Assembly: GCA_963674595.2 (NCBI GenBank)
Contig: CAXXFV010000027.1
Coordinates: 160,001-224,000 of the forward strand
Length of the DNA stretch: 64,000 nt
Source of the DNA: a bacterium
GTDB taxonomy: Bacteria; Zhuqueibacterota; Zhuqueibacteria; Residuimicrobiales; Krinioviventaceae
Direction of reading: 5' to 3'
Shown here: positions 42,219 through 53,090 of the stretch, in pieces
Numbering within the stretch: position 1 is the stretch's first letter
Layout of the letters: every line of letters starts with the position of its first letter
Notes under the pieces: generated by a model
The model's database searches: none
Seen by the model: only the letters and a program-made list of their open reading frames with translations
Told to the model about the DNA's origin: nothing
Made by a program: the position numbers and the translations under genes

Positions 42219-45200
42219 TTAAAACCTGTAACGAATACCAATATCTGCCGTTCTACCAAAATAGCCAGCATAAGATAACAATTCCAGTTTACTGACATAT
42301 CTACGGTCCGGTTCATTGTTGATGTTCATTACGTTACAATAAAGACTCAATCCATTCCACGGTAATTTTTGAACTACATTCAAATCCCATTTGAAAAAAT
42401 CATCAGTATATGATTCCAGTTCTTCACGAATATTGGGAGAACCCAACATATTACCCTGAAAAAGAAAGGACAATCGAGCTGAGAATCCGCGGTAGTCGTA
42501 TCCTAATGTGGTATTAAGTATATCATTAGCCTGGTACGGCATGCGAACTGTTCTCGACGAATCGACAAAGACTGATTTGGCCCAAATTCCTGTTCCTTCT
42601 TTCTTCATAGTCTGATAGGGAAATTGGGTTTCTGATTTCTGATGTGTATAATTGATACTAAATACCAATCCTCGAAGAATAGATGGAAGATACCAGAAAT
42701 TGGTCTGCCAATCCAACTCAATACCACGAACAAATGTTGTAGCGTCAAGATTAATCCAGGTATGAACAGAGGTGTTTTTAGTCGGATGTATTTCATCAAT
42801 CCTATAATACATTTTTGCCAGATCTTTGGTTTTAAAAGAAAAGCTAGCAATAAGATCATCTATCTCTTTATAAAAATAACCACATGTAAACAGGCCAATA
42901 TGATTATCATAAAGTGATGTATATATGTCATAATTTTGAACCAGTGCCGGCTTAAGTTCGATATTTCCGAAATCTATACTTGGAGAACCTTGATCATAAT
43001 AATAATAGGGTGAAAAAGCATTGTAATCGGGATAAATAATTGTGCGAGTACTGGCCAGACGGATATCGAACCAATCGACAGGTTTTAAACGTAAATGCAT
43101 CTGCGGGAACCAATGCTCTTTCTGCCTGTTTGAGGTTACCTCTTCATTGTTGTAATCATACCATTCCGGTCCATAGTAGGTTGTTTCCCAAGCCCAGTAA
43201 TTTGTTTCAAAATTTTCATATCGAACACCGGGCATAAACATAATGTGCTTTCCAAGATTCATTTCCGTCATGAAATAAAACGCAGAAAGATGTGCTCTAT
43301 ACTTGTAGTCATTTTGATTGGATTCTTGTGGTCTTAGAAAAAAATGATTGTATTGAATTGCAAGAGCTTCATAGTGTTCCATTTGTTCAATGGAACCGGT
43401 GTAAAAGAACTTGTCAACACCTTCTTTGCCGGACAGAAAATTACCAACGTCATAGTAAGGGTCTTCAAATAGAGAAGCACGGATACCATTCCCGGTATCA
43501 TCAAGCATCAATCCCAACTCCGTCCATAAAGAGTCCATCATCATTTGTGTAAAAACCTGACTCGGCTTATGTCTATCAGGATGGATATAGTTAACTGTTA
43601 CATCATTCTCCCTTTTCTGGTAACGGTATTTTCCGCCAAATTTTAAATCTCCTGTTATAAAGTTTGAAAACCGGTAAGGTATATTAAAATTAATAACAGC
43701 ATTTCGTTCGATGTTGATTATATCCGACGCTGAAGATTGTAAATCTTTGGTACGCAGCTTCCCGTCATACATTGTGATACTGTTTAAAAATTCGCTTGGA
43801 GTTGCTTCTACCGCTTTTTCTATTAAGGATGTTTCAAAACCAGCCTGGTCTTGTTCAGCTATGACCTTCATTTGAAGGGACCCGGGATTATACATATCGG
43901 AAACCGAATTGGATATGGAAAAATCCATTTTCATTCCCAACAAATCAAATTCGCCCTGTAAAGCGTTGCTGTACACTTTAGTCCCGCCTCCGTCAGAAGC
44001 ATCTGAAGCTGTTGTATAAGAGGTAAACTGACTTCCTTGTAATGCAAGAGAATTTGTCATACTAATAGATTCACCAGAAAGTTTACTATAAAAGTTATTT
44101 AATACTAAATTTCCATTGGGAAGATGATAATCGAGAATTATACCTCCCCCTTTTCTCCATCGGGTTGTTTTTGTGTCAGTAATGGTAACACTACTTAGAT
44201 CAATTATCGATAATCCCTGTATTTTTGTTTCTTCTTCATTAATTTCATAGGAAGCACTCAAAGCATCAGCACTTCTGTCGTATTCATCTGCAGAGGCAGC
44301 TATTTGAATTCCCAATTTATCGTTGAAAAAGCGATTACTTAGATTGGCCGTCATTTTATAATTTCCATAAGTATCTGCAACCGAGCCATACCCGCCCTGC
44401 ATTGTGAAATTACTATGAAATCCAGGTTTTGCTTTGCCAATTCTTAGATTAACCGTCCCTCCAACAGCGTCCGCATCCATATCGGCAGTTGCTGCTTTGG
44501 TCACTTCGATACCGGTAAGAAGGTTTGATGATATCATATTTAAATCAACACTTCTATCACTTCCGCTGGTAGACTGCATACGCACACCATTTACCATCAT
44601 CACATTGTATTTTGGCTCCATTCCACGAATCGATACCTTTGTTCCTTCACCACCACTACGAATAATTGAAATTCCGGGTAAACGGGCCACCGATTCTGCT
44701 GCATTAACATCAGGAATTTCCTGAATTTTATCAGCGGCAACTACGTTTTTTATTGTCCTTGCAGCTAATTGCTGGTTAATCGCTTCGATTTGTCCTTCTG
44801 CCTGCGCCGTTATTTCAACCATTTCCCCTTTAATGGCGGCATATTCCAATTCTATATTTTTAGTTATCGTTTCGCCGGGTTTCAAATTTACAGGTATGTC
44901 TACATCTTTATATCCGATATATCTTACAACAATTATATAATTACCGGGATTTATTTTTGGAATTGTAAATTTTCCGTCCATATTTGATGCAGCACCAATA
45001 CTCGTCCCTTTAATAAGGACGTTAGCGCCCGGCAGAGGTTCACCGGTTGCAGCATCCAGAATTAAACCGGTAATTTTTCCGGAAATTCTGCTATTTGATT
45101 TATTATCGGATGGTTTTGACGAGCCACCTCCTTCTAATACAAGTTGTCCCTCTGGTGAAAAATATAATTTCGTCCCGGTAGTTTCTAATATTGACATTAA

Positions 45201-45479
45201 TGCTTCTATCAGGTAGACATTTGAAAGTTGGAGTGTGACGGTTTCATTTAATGGAAGTTTTTCACGATTATAATTAAGTCTAAGATTATTTTGAGCGGCT
45301 AATGTTGAAAGGGCCTTTTCCAAGGTAATATTTTTAAAATCAACAGTTACAGTTTGGATCAAAGCCGTTGGTATCTTTTTTCCGTAAAGATCTTTTAGTT
45401 CAACCATAGCCAATTTATCCTGGCTAAAGGCAAAAGAAGTTAAACAAAATGCTAAAATGACGTGAATTAACTTTTGCAT
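42219..45479 (-). CDS. TonB-dependent receptor/transducer with N-terminal signalling (STN-like) domain
   Basis: STN-like 'VDFKNITLEKALS', 'TGEPLPGANV', plug 'PDVNAAESVARLPG...GEG.KVSIRG' and terminal 'GIRYRF'. Confidence 0.92.
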   Translation of the reverse strand: MQKLIHVILAFCLTSFAFSQDKLAMVELKDLYGKKIPTALIQTVTVDFKNITLEKALSTLAAQNNLRLNYNREKLPLNETVTLQLSNVYLIEALMSILETTGTKLYFSPEGQLVLEGGGSSKPSDNKSNSRISGKITGLILDAATGEPLPGANVLIKGTSIGAASNMDGKFTIPKINPGNYIIVVRYIGYKDVDIPVNLKPGETITKNIELEYAAIKGEMVEITAQAEGQIEAINQQLAARTIKNVVAADKIQEIPDVNAAESVARLPGISIIRSGGEGTKVSIRGMEPKYNVMMVNGVRMQSTSGSDRSVDLNMISSNLLTGIEVTKAATADMDADAVGGTVNLRIGKAKPGFHSNFTMQGGYGSVADTYGNYKMTANLSNRFFNDKLGIQIAASADEYDRSADALSASYEINEEETKIQGLSIIDLSSVTITDTKTTRWRKGGGIILDYHLPNGNLVLNNFYSKLSGESISMTNSLALQGSQFTSYTTASDASDGGGTKVYSNALQGEFDLLGMKMDFSISNSVSDMYNPGSLQMKVIAEQDQAGFETSLIEKAVEATPSEFLNSITMYDGKLRTKDLQSSASDIINIERNAVINFNIPYRFSNFITGDLKFGGKYRYQKRENDVTVNYIHPDRHKPSQVFTQMMMDSLWTELGLMLDDTGNGIRASLFEDPYYDVGNFLSGKEGVDKFFYTGSIEQMEHYEALAIQYNHFFLRPQESNQNDYKYRAHLSAFYFMTEMNLGKHIMFMPGVRYENFETNYWAWETTYYGPEWYDYNNEEVTSNRQKEHWFPQMHLRLKPVDWFDIRLASTRTIIYPDYNAFSPYYYYDQGSPSIDFGNIELKPALVQNYDIYTSLYDNHIGLFTCGYFYKEIDDLIASFSFKTKDLAKMYYRIDEIHPTKNTSVHTWINLDATTFVRGIELDWQTNFWYLPSILRGLVFSINYTHQKSETQFPYQTMKKEGTGIWAKSVFVDSSRTVRMPYQANDILNTTLGYDYRGFSARLSFLFQGNMLGSPNIREELESYTDDFFKWDLNVVQKLPWNGLSLYCNVMNINNEPDRRYVSKLELLSYAGYFGRTADIGIRYRF

Positions 45480-45497
45480 AGTACCATCCTATTTAAA

Positions 45498-46547
45498 TTA
45501 ATTTTTAGGAACGAGTTGAATTTTTTTACTTTCCCTAATTATTTTTGTATTTGTCAAGACGGAAATAATTTGTAAAACATCATTAACATTTGTATTTAAA
45601 ATTTGTACGGTTACACGATCTTTTAAAACAGAAGAATCTTTAACAATAAACTCATAATCATACCAACGGTGTAACTGAGCCAAAACTTCTTCCACACTGG
45701 CATTATCAAATTTGATTTCATTATCCATCCATGCTAAATAATCTTTTGCACTGATATTAGATGTTTTTTTCAGCAGATTATTTGCTTCTAAAATTCCCAT
45801 TTCATTCTTGGTTAGGATAATAGAGTCTCCTTTTGTGCCTGTTAATGGAGACAAGGCAACTTTTCCACAATTTACCGTGACTTTAACGGACGGATTTTCA
45901 TTCCATGCCCTGACATTGAATTTTGTACCCAGAACACGTACAAGTGCATTATTTGCATTTACACAAAATGGACGGGAAGGATCGTGAGCAACTTCAAAAT
46001 AAGCTTCACCCGACAGAAAAACTTGTCTTTTGTCTGTAAATTCATTGGGATATCTCAGTTCACTTCCTGCATCCAAGGTGATTTTAGATCCATCCGGTAA
46101 TGTTACGTTATAGCGCCGGCCATTTTTTACTTTAATTGTTTGAAAAGCGTAAATATCCGAAGACTGGGAAATTTGGTTTGATTTGTTATAATAATAATAG
46201 GTAACTGATAAAAACATGAACAGAACTAAAGAATAGGCAAATACCTTTCTGGTGGTCGGGACAGATGGTACCAATTGCCATACAATTTCTTGAATTCTTT
46301 CACGGAACGATTTTTTAGGTGCCGTATTAAATGAACGTTCAGTGCGTGATCTCACATTTTGCCAAGCAACATCAATGTCTAAATATTTATCCTGTTTTCT
46401 TTGTAAATTCCATACGCTTTTTAATTTCTCGATTTCAGCTTCAAATTCAGGATGTTTTTTAAACACATTCTGAATTTTTAATTTTTCGGAATTTGTACAT
46501 TCATTCGATAAATATCGTGCAATTAATTTTTTACTAATCTTAGGCAT
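45498..46547 (-). CDS. FecR family anti-sigma factor
   Basis: One TM helix, 'LPDGSKITL...S.L.YP', 'LSGEAYFEV.HD..RPF' and 'VLGTKFNV'. Confidence 0.92.
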   Translation of the reverse strand: MPKISKKLIARYLSNECTNSEKLKIQNVFKKHPEFEAEIEKLKSVWNLQRKQDKYLDIDVAWQNVRSRTERSFNTAPKKSFRERIQEIVWQLVPSVPTTRKVFAYSLVLFMFLSVTYYYYNKSNQISQSSDIYAFQTIKVKNGRRYNVTLPDGSKITLDAGSELRYPNEFTDKRQVFLSGEAYFEVAHDPSRPFCVNANNALVRVLGTKFNVRAWNENPSVKVTVNCGKVALSPLTGTKGDSIILTKNEMGILEANNLLKKTSNISAKDYLAWMDNEIKFDNASVEEVLAQLHRWYDYEFIVKDSSVLKDRVTVQILNTNVNDVLQIISVLTNTKIIRESKKIQLVPKN

Positions 46548-46671
46548 ACAGATACTCCAATATAACTTATAAGTAATTTTCTCGATTAAAAGTAACCAGC
46601 TATGTAAATGACCTTATATAATTAATGATACACAAGAATCATTTTACCCCTACATGAAAATGAAAATAATT

Positions 46672-47208
46672 TTAAAAAAACAAAAGGTGAGATAATTGTT
46701 TTCGAAGGTATTTGAGTGCACGTGACATGTGAGTTTCAACAGTTTTTATTGAAATGCCCAGTATATTGGAAATTTCATTATATGTCAATTCATCAAATCT
46801 GTTCATGCAAAAAATTAATTTTCCTTTATCAGGTAATTCTTTTATTGCCGAATTGCAAGCTTTTCTGATTTCCTCTGAACAAACAGGGTCATCGAATGAG
46901 GTTGCTGTTTCGTGTTCTATTGATAAATTAAAAACATATTTGCTATGAATTTTGATATCTCTTAAATATCTGAGACATTCTTTTTTCGTAGCAGAGTATA
47001 AATAAACTTTAATTGAACTTTTCAACGTTATTTTGTTTCGGCCTTTCCAAATGTTCACAAAGACATCCTGAACGATACTCTCGGCAATTTGCCGGTCAGC
47101 CACATAATAAAGAGAAAAATCAACCAAATCTCTATAAAAAAATCGGAACAAAGATTCAAACTCTTTTACGTCATCATTTTTTATTTTTTCAAAAGAGAAC
47201 ATATACAA
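46672..47208 (-). CDS. ECF RNA polymerase sigma-70 factor
   Basis: 'AESIVQDVF..IW' (region 2) and 'LTYNEI..ILGISIKTVETHMSRALK.LR' (region 4). Upstream of fecR. Confidence 0.92.
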   Translation of the reverse strand: MYMFSFEKIKNDDVKEFESLFRFFYRDLVDFSLYYVADRQIAESIVQDVFVNIWKGRNKITLKSSIKVYLYSATKKECLRYLRDIKIHSKYVFNLSIEHETATSFDDPVCSEEIRKACNSAIKELPDKGKLIFCMNRFDELTYNEISNILGISIKTVETHMSRALKYLRKQLSHLLFF

Positions 47209-47591
47209 TTATTTATAATTGTGATATAATATAAAATGAATAAAATATATAATTATTTAATTGAATCGGTCTATAGGGTTTAAAAAATAAAATGTCTAAC
47301 TTGATTATTAAGGTAAACTGATGGAATTTGTTAACAAGAAAATTCTATACCCCTCTTATTTTATATACAAATACAAGACACAAAAAAATCCATTGATTTT
47401 AGGAATGTTTGATTTAAATGTCAAGAATATTTTAATTCATTAAACAATCCATTTATTAAAAATGATTTATTTGATGAATGAAAACATCCCGTACTTGTTT
47501 TTAAAAAATGATTTTTGTAACTTTACCAGCCAGAAAAACAAATTATTTACAGTAATACATGTATCATTACCAAATCAGGAAGGGATTTCCT

Positions 47592-48614
47592 ATGAAAGAA
47601 AAAATTGCCCTTTTAACACCTTTTTTCTTTTTGTTACTCTTACCGGTTAGCAGGGTTAAAGCACAGGAATCAATGTTATATGTTACAACTCTCTCAACGG
47701 GACATTACCATACCGGTATGTCTATACCGCTTTCTGCGCTTTTTTATAAACCTGTTAATTCCGACTCATCTGCATGGAAATTTCAGGGTCGTCCTAACAA
47801 TCGTATATTTTGCGTTGCATTCCATGAAAAATCCGGTGGAAAATTCAGAGCTTTAGCCACACATACAGGTATTCATCAATCTTATGATTTTGGCAAAACG
47901 TGGCAAGTAACCACTGACTGGCGAATTACAGAAGCCAACTGTGTAGAATATGATCCGAAAAATCCGGAAATAGTTTATTGCAGTTCTCCTTATGGATTTT
48001 ATAAATCCATTGACAGCGGAAAAACCTGGATTAAAAAGATCAAAGGACTGGAAACCATAAATGCTCAATTTGTTTCCAATTTTATCATCGATCATTCAAA
48101 TTCTGATATTTTGTATTGTTCGACAGAAGATGTATTATACAAAAGTACAGATGCCGGAGAGTCCTGGCAAAAAATGGGACTGCGTGTACCAAGCATCAGA
48201 ACAATCATCCAACATCCGGTAAAGTCGGAAATTCTGATTGCCGGCACAGAAAACAATGGGCTGTATTTTAGCTTTGATGGTGGTAAAACATGGGAAAAAC
48301 GGGACACCGGAATATTAACCCAGACATTTTACACTATCACATTTGATCCCACTGATCCTGATATCATTTATGCCGGTGGTTTTCAAACAGGAGTTTATAA
48401 ATCCATTGACGGCGGAAAAAAATGGAAACAATATTTTAACGGGTTAACAAGACTGGACATTCAGGCCCTTGCTGTTGATCCTCAAAATCCAAATACTGTT
48501 TTTGCCGGAACCATGGGAGAAGGTTTATTTCGTTCGAATGACGGCGGTCAAAACTGGAAACCTGCAGCTCTTGCAAATGGATTTGTAACAACCATTAAAA
48601 TTGAAAGCTATTAG
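47592..48614 (+). CDS. Secreted BNR/Asp-box (VPS10/YCF48-like) beta-propeller protein
   Basis: Six 'S.DxG..W' Asp-boxes and a signal peptide. Start at ATG 47592. Confidence 0.85.
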   Translation: MKEKIALLTPFFFLLLLPVSRVKAQESMLYVTTLSTGHYHTGMSIPLSALFYKPVNSDSSAWKFQGRPNNRIFCVAFHEKSGGKFRALATHTGIHQSYDFGKTWQVTTDWRITEANCVEYDPKNPEIVYCSSPYGFYKSIDSGKTWIKKIKGLETINAQFVSNFIIDHSNSDILYCSTEDVLYKSTDAGESWQKMGLRVPSIRTIIQHPVKSEILIAGTENNGLYFSFDGGKTWEKRDTGILTQTFYTITFDPTDPDIIYAGGFQTGVYKSIDGGKKWKQYFNGLTRLDIQALAVDPQNPNTVFAGTMGEGLFRSNDGGQNWKPAALANGFVTTIKIESY

Positions 48615-48623
48615 GAGAACACC

Positions 48624-50471
48624 ATGTTAAAAAAATATATTTTATTTCTTCCTTGTATTCTTCTTTTTATAAATTTTTTCGGTTGTTCTCAAAAATCGGA
48701 AAAAATTGACTATTCCAGAGATGAATATTTGGAAAAATTTGAACAACGTCGTGCCTGGATGGTTGCTCAATTTGATACGCTAACCAGGGACAATTATAGC
48801 GGTATTGCCGCACACTATTATTCAAACAAAGATGTTGAATGGGCTGACCAGGCATTTATCAACCTGTTAAAAGCGCCAAAAGGAGCCATGTTTTGGATGT
48901 TTCCTGTAGTAAACTGTTACATGCATGGTAAAGGCAAAATGTCCAATGAGGTTGAAAAAGCTGTTCGACACGCATGGAAAACATACGCACCGGCCCGAGG
49001 TGACACAGAAAACCATTGGGCAATGTGGTATACATGTATGTTGATTATGTCGGAACAGTGGCCCGATCTACCCGGCTCAGAATGGTTCGACGGCAAAAGT
49101 TCTAAAGAAAATTTTGATGAAGCCAAAGAATATCTGTTTGAATGGGCCCGAATTACCACAACCATCGGTCAGGGCGAATTTGACTCCCCTGATTATATTC
49201 TGGAATATATCATTCCAACAACAATGCTTTATGAATTTGCCCAGGACCCGGAAGTTAAAAAACTGGGTGAAATGATGACGGATTATATTCTGGCAGATTT
49301 TGCCGTTGAACATTTTTCCCAACAATATGTCGGCGGCCACAGTCGTATTTACGAACGTGCTTTAATGAATTTTACAAAATCAGCAGGCGCTATGTTTGCC
49401 AATCTTTATTTTGGTGTTGGTGAACAGATAAAACACGGATGGGTCCTCTATCCGGCAATGACGAGTTATAAATTACCGGAAATTATTTACTACATTGCAA
49501 GAGATAGATCAGAACCTTATGTTCATAAAGAACGTAAAAGAGTCCGAAATGTAATCCGCTACGGAACGGAACGGAACCCGGCTGTTTATAAATATAGTTA
49601 TTTAACCAAAGATTATGGTATTGGATCGCTTATGGGCGGTATTTTACAACCTATTCAACAGCTCACCTGGAATGTTAGATTTACCCATGGTAAACCCTAT
49701 TCAATGATCTTTGGTTTACATCCCAGTTGGTCTTTGCAGGAAATCGGTATGTTTTTCCCGGAACCGGTCAAAACATCCATGGCCGGTATTACGGCATCGA
49801 AAACTACCTATAACAATCCTGATAAATGGACAGGCGGTTCTCCCTGCGAACGCACCTTTCAACATAAAAATACGCTTTTAGCCTTGTATGACATTCCTGT
49901 TGGTGCAACAGCAAACCACATTGACGGATTTTTCCCGGCAAACCTGGAAGAACGAATTATTGATGATTCCGGCTGGATTATTTGTAAAGCCGGTGATGTC
50001 TATATCGGATGGTATCCACTACAGCCCGGAGAGTGGACCGAGGAATTTGAAGTAAAAAAACAAGCCTTTAACAGTTTGACAAGCGCAAAAAAGAACGATG
50101 GTACTATGACGCTTCGAAACTATCGTTTCCGAAGCCACGCTTTACAAAATGGTTATGTTGTTGAAGTGCGATCAAAAGACGAAATGGGTTCATTTAAAGA
50201 TTTCAAGAAAAAACTTGCTACAAACATCCCTCAAGCTGTTCTTAAAGAAAACAATGTACAGGTATCCTATACAACCTTAAATAACGATAAAATGAAATTT
50301 TCTTTTCCGGATGGCCGTGTTTTAAACGGTAAAAATGTGGATTTAACCAAAACACCGCTTTTTGAAGGACCGTTTTTAAACGCTGAGGTTGGCAGTCAAA
50401 ATCTTACATTGACTTATAAAGACCAAAAGATGGTACTTGACTTTAAAAATCTTGAAATAACAAATTACTAG
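48624..50471 (+). CDS. Lipoprotein of unknown function, heparinase II/III-like lyase motifs
   Basis: Lipobox FFG-C. 'TENH', 'G.GEFDSPDY' and 'HSRIY' motifs. Homologous to 31327-32961. Confidence 0.75.
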   Translation: MLKKYILFLPCILLFINFFGCSQKSEKIDYSRDEYLEKFEQRRAWMVAQFDTLTRDNYSGIAAHYYSNKDVEWADQAFINLLKAPKGAMFWMFPVVNCYMHGKGKMSNEVEKAVRHAWKTYAPARGDTENHWAMWYTCMLIMSEQWPDLPGSEWFDGKSSKENFDEAKEYLFEWARITTTIGQGEFDSPDYILEYIIPTTMLYEFAQDPEVKKLGEMMTDYILADFAVEHFSQQYVGGHSRIYERALMNFTKSAGAMFANLYFGVGEQIKHGWVLYPAMTSYKLPEIIYYIARDRSEPYVHKERKRVRNVIRYGTERNPAVYKYSYLTKDYGIGSLMGGILQPIQQLTWNVRFTHGKPYSMIFGLHPSWSLQEIGMFFPEPVKTSMAGITASKTTYNNPDKWTGGSPCERTFQHKNTLLALYDIPVGATANHIDGFFPANLEERIIDDSGWIICKAGDVYIGWYPLQPGEWTEEFEVKKQAFNSLTSAKKNDGTMTLRNYRFRSHALQNGYVVEVRSKDEMGSFKDFKKKLATNIPQAVLKENNVQVSYTTLNNDKMKFSFPDGRVLNGKNVDLTKTPLFEGPFLNAEVGSQNLTLTYKDQKMVLDFKNLEITNY

Positions 50472-50473
50472 AT

Positions 50474-50510
50474 AAAAAAAAGCCCTGATGAAAATCAGGG
50501 CTTTTTTTTT
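50474..50510. terminator. Bidirectional intrinsic terminator
   Basis: A8-GCCCTGAT-gaaa-ATCAGGGC-T9 between convergent genes. Confidence 0.9.
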
Positions 50511-52599
50511 ATAACAATCCTCTGCGTTTTAACAACGCATTAATCCTGGGTTCTTTACCCCGAAATTTCCTGTATAAAACCATTGGGTCTTGAGTTCCGC
50601 CTTTTTCCAGTATATTTTCGCGAAAAGATTTGGCTGTTTCAGCATCAAAAATATCGGTTTCTTTAAATGCCTGAAAAGCATCAGCATCAAGAACTTCTGC
50701 CCAAATATAGCTGTAATAACCCGATGAATAACCGCCGGCAAAAATATGCTGAAAATATGGACTTTTATAACGAACAACAATTTCAGGAATGAGTCCAATT
50801 TTTTTCATTGAAGCATCTTCAAATTCTTTAGCGTCCATAATTGTCGGTTCTTCAAGTACATGCCAATCCATATCCAAATAAGAAGCTGCCAAATATTCAA
50901 CTGTTGCAAATCCCTGATTAAAATGACCTGATTTTTCAATTTTATCGACAAGGTCCTGGGGAATAACCTCACCGGTTTTATAATGTTTGGCATACAATTT
51001 TAAAACCTGCGGATGGGTAGCCCAGTTTTCCATAATTTGTGATGGCAGTTCCACAAAATCGCGCGGAACATCTGTTCCGGACAAGCTGTAATAGGTACAA
51101 TTTGATAACAGTCCGTGCAATGCATGACCAAATTCGTGAAATAATGTTGTCACTTCGTCTAAACTCAGCAGTGAAGGCTTTTCGGAAGTGGGTTTGGTAA
51201 AATTACCGTTATTGGTTACAATGGGTCTGATATTTTCATTGTTTATTATTTCCTGTTTACGAAGAGCATTCATCCATGCACCGCCCCGTTTGCTGGCGCG
51301 CGGGAAATAATCCGTATACAAAATACCAACATGTGAACCATCACTATTTTTAACCTCATAAACTCTAACATCATTATGATAAACAGGTATGTCCGTACGT
51401 TCCTCAAAGGATAAACCATACAATTTATTTGCAACCATAAAGGCCCCATCAATCACCTTGTCAAGTTCAAAGTAAGGGCGTAAAGATTCATCATCGAGAT
51501 CAAATTTTTCTTTTTTCAACTTTTCAGCATAATACCACCAATCCCAGGGTTGTAACTGAAAATCATGACCATCTTTGTGAATTAAACGCTGTAATTCCTT
51601 AGCCTCAGCCTTGGCCCGCTTGAGCGCGGGTTTCCATAATTGATCCAACAAAGAGTAAACGTTTTCCGGTACTTTGGCCATATTTTTTTCTAAAATAAAA
51701 TGGGCATGTGTTTTATATCCCAAAAGTTTAGCCCTTTCAGCACGTAAAGCAGCCATTTTGGATAAAATTTCTTTATTATCCAGTTCGTCCTCATGGTTGC
51801 CTTTGGAAATATATGCCTTGAAAAGGATTTCGCGAAATTCACGTTTATCGGAAAATTGTAAAAAAGGAATTAAACTGGGTTTGTGAATGGTAAAAACCCA
51901 TTTCCCTTCATAACCATTCTCCTTTGCAGTTTCGGCAGCAGCCGTGACCACATCTTTCGGCAATCCGGCCAAATCATTTTCGTTATCGAGGACAAGCTCG
52001 AATTTATTGGTTTCTTTTAATACATTTTCACTGAATTTAAGGGAAAGCAAAGAAAGTTCCTTGTTAATTTCTCTTAAACGAGATTTTTCCTGTTCATCCA
52101 GATTCGCCCCTCCCCTAACAAAAGTTTTGTAATATTCATCCAATAACTTTTGTTGTTCGGAATTGAGTTGAAAATTATCCTGATTATCGTATACTTTTTT
52201 TACACGAAGAAATAATTTTTTATTTAACCAGATATCGTCGCTATTCTGGGTTATAATGGGAGAAATATCTTTGGCAATAGACTGCATTTCATCATCAGTT
52301 AAGGAAGAATTTAAAGTGCCAAAAATTGACGAAACTATTTTTAACAATTGACCGCAGTTTTCCAAGGCCTCAACAGTATTTTTAAATGTCGGTTCCTGCG
52401 GATTGTTGACGATAGTCTCTATTTCAGTTTTTTGTTGTTTGATCCCTTCCATAAACGCAGGTTTAAAATGTGTTTTTTGGATCAAGTTAAAAGGTGGTGT
52501 TGCAAATGGTGTGTTAAACGGTTCTAATAAGGGATTTTTTTGCATATTACAGCCCATGATAAAACCCAAAATTGTTAAAAAAACACTCAAAAATCTCAT
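50509..52599 (-). CDS. dcp: M3 family metallopeptidase (peptidyl-dipeptidase Dcp-like), lipoprotein signal
   Basis: 'NPLL', 'KRGGAWM', zinc motif 'FHEFGHALH', 'DFVELPSQ..ENW' and 'HIFAGGYSSGYYSY.WAE'. Confidence 0.9.
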   Translation of the reverse strand: MRFLSVFLTILGFIMGCNMQKNPLLEPFNTPFATPPFNLIQKTHFKPAFMEGIKQQKTEIETIVNNPQEPTFKNTVEALENCGQLLKIVSSIFGTLNSSLTDDEMQSIAKDISPIITQNSDDIWLNKKLFLRVKKVYDNQDNFQLNSEQQKLLDEYYKTFVRGGANLDEQEKSRLREINKELSLLSLKFSENVLKETNKFELVLDNENDLAGLPKDVVTAAAETAKENGYEGKWVFTIHKPSLIPFLQFSDKREFREILFKAYISKGNHEDELDNKEILSKMAALRAERAKLLGYKTHAHFILEKNMAKVPENVYSLLDQLWKPALKRAKAEAKELQRLIHKDGHDFQLQPWDWWYYAEKLKKEKFDLDDESLRPYFELDKVIDGAFMVANKLYGLSFEERTDIPVYHNDVRVYEVKNSDGSHVGILYTDYFPRASKRGGAWMNALRKQEIINNENIRPIVTNNGNFTKPTSEKPSLLSLDEVTTLFHEFGHALHGLLSNCTYYSLSGTDVPRDFVELPSQIMENWATHPQVLKLYAKHYKTGEVIPQDLVDKIEKSGHFNQGFATVEYLAASYLDMDWHVLEEPTIMDAKEFEDASMKKIGLIPEIVVRYKSPYFQHIFAGGYSSGYYSYIWAEVLDADAFQAFKETDIFDAETAKSFRENILEKGGTQDPMVLYRKFRGKEPRINALLKRRGLL

Positions 52600-52684
52600 A
52601 TCGTTTTCCTCATGTTTTGATTAATTATTTGTAAAATAATACGAAAATTTAATCAGATATTCAAGCTCTCTCGTTAAAAAAATA

Positions 52685-52742
52685 TTGCATTTTCACAATG
52701 ATATTATTATATTGCAAACATGTTTGGAAAACAAACATGTTT
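52685..52742 (+). promoter_or_regulatory. Sigma70 promoter with perfect palindromic operator
   Basis: TTGCAT-N17-TATATT (52685-52713), then AAACATGTTTG-N5-CAAACATGTTT (52716-52742). Confidence 0.7.
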
Positions 52743-52764
52743 TCTTAAAAGTAACAGGAATTTT

Positions 52765-53076
52765 ATGGTCATCGATCTTACCAAAAAACTGAATAAAATT
52801 TTCCATGAGCGTGCCCGACTGGGAATTATGTCTATGCTAATTGCCGCTTCAGAAGAAATTACATTTTCAGATTTTGTTAAAAAACTAGAACTTACACGTG
52901 GTAACCTGAGCGTGCATTTAAAAGTACTTGAAAGTAACGGATTTATTGCTTCCAAAAAAGAGTTTGTCGATAATAAGCCGCGAACAACTTATAAAGTAAC
53001 AGAACAGGGGCTCGATGCCTTTACAAAATATCTTTCTCTTTTGGAACAGATAGTAACAGGTATGGAAAAAAAGTAA
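52765..53076 (+). CDS. Winged-helix transcriptional regulator (HTH_34/ArsR-MarR-like)
   Basis: 'FHERARLGIMS.L', 'LTRGNLSVHL..LE..GFI...KEF...KPRT.Y.VT..G..AF..Y'. Confidence 0.9.
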   Translation: MVIDLTKKLNKIFHERARLGIMSMLIAASEEITFSDFVKKLELTRGNLSVHLKVLESNGFIASKKEFVDNKPRTTYKVTEQGLDAFTKYLSLLEQIVTGMEKK

Positions 53077-53090
53077 TTTGGAGTTATAAC

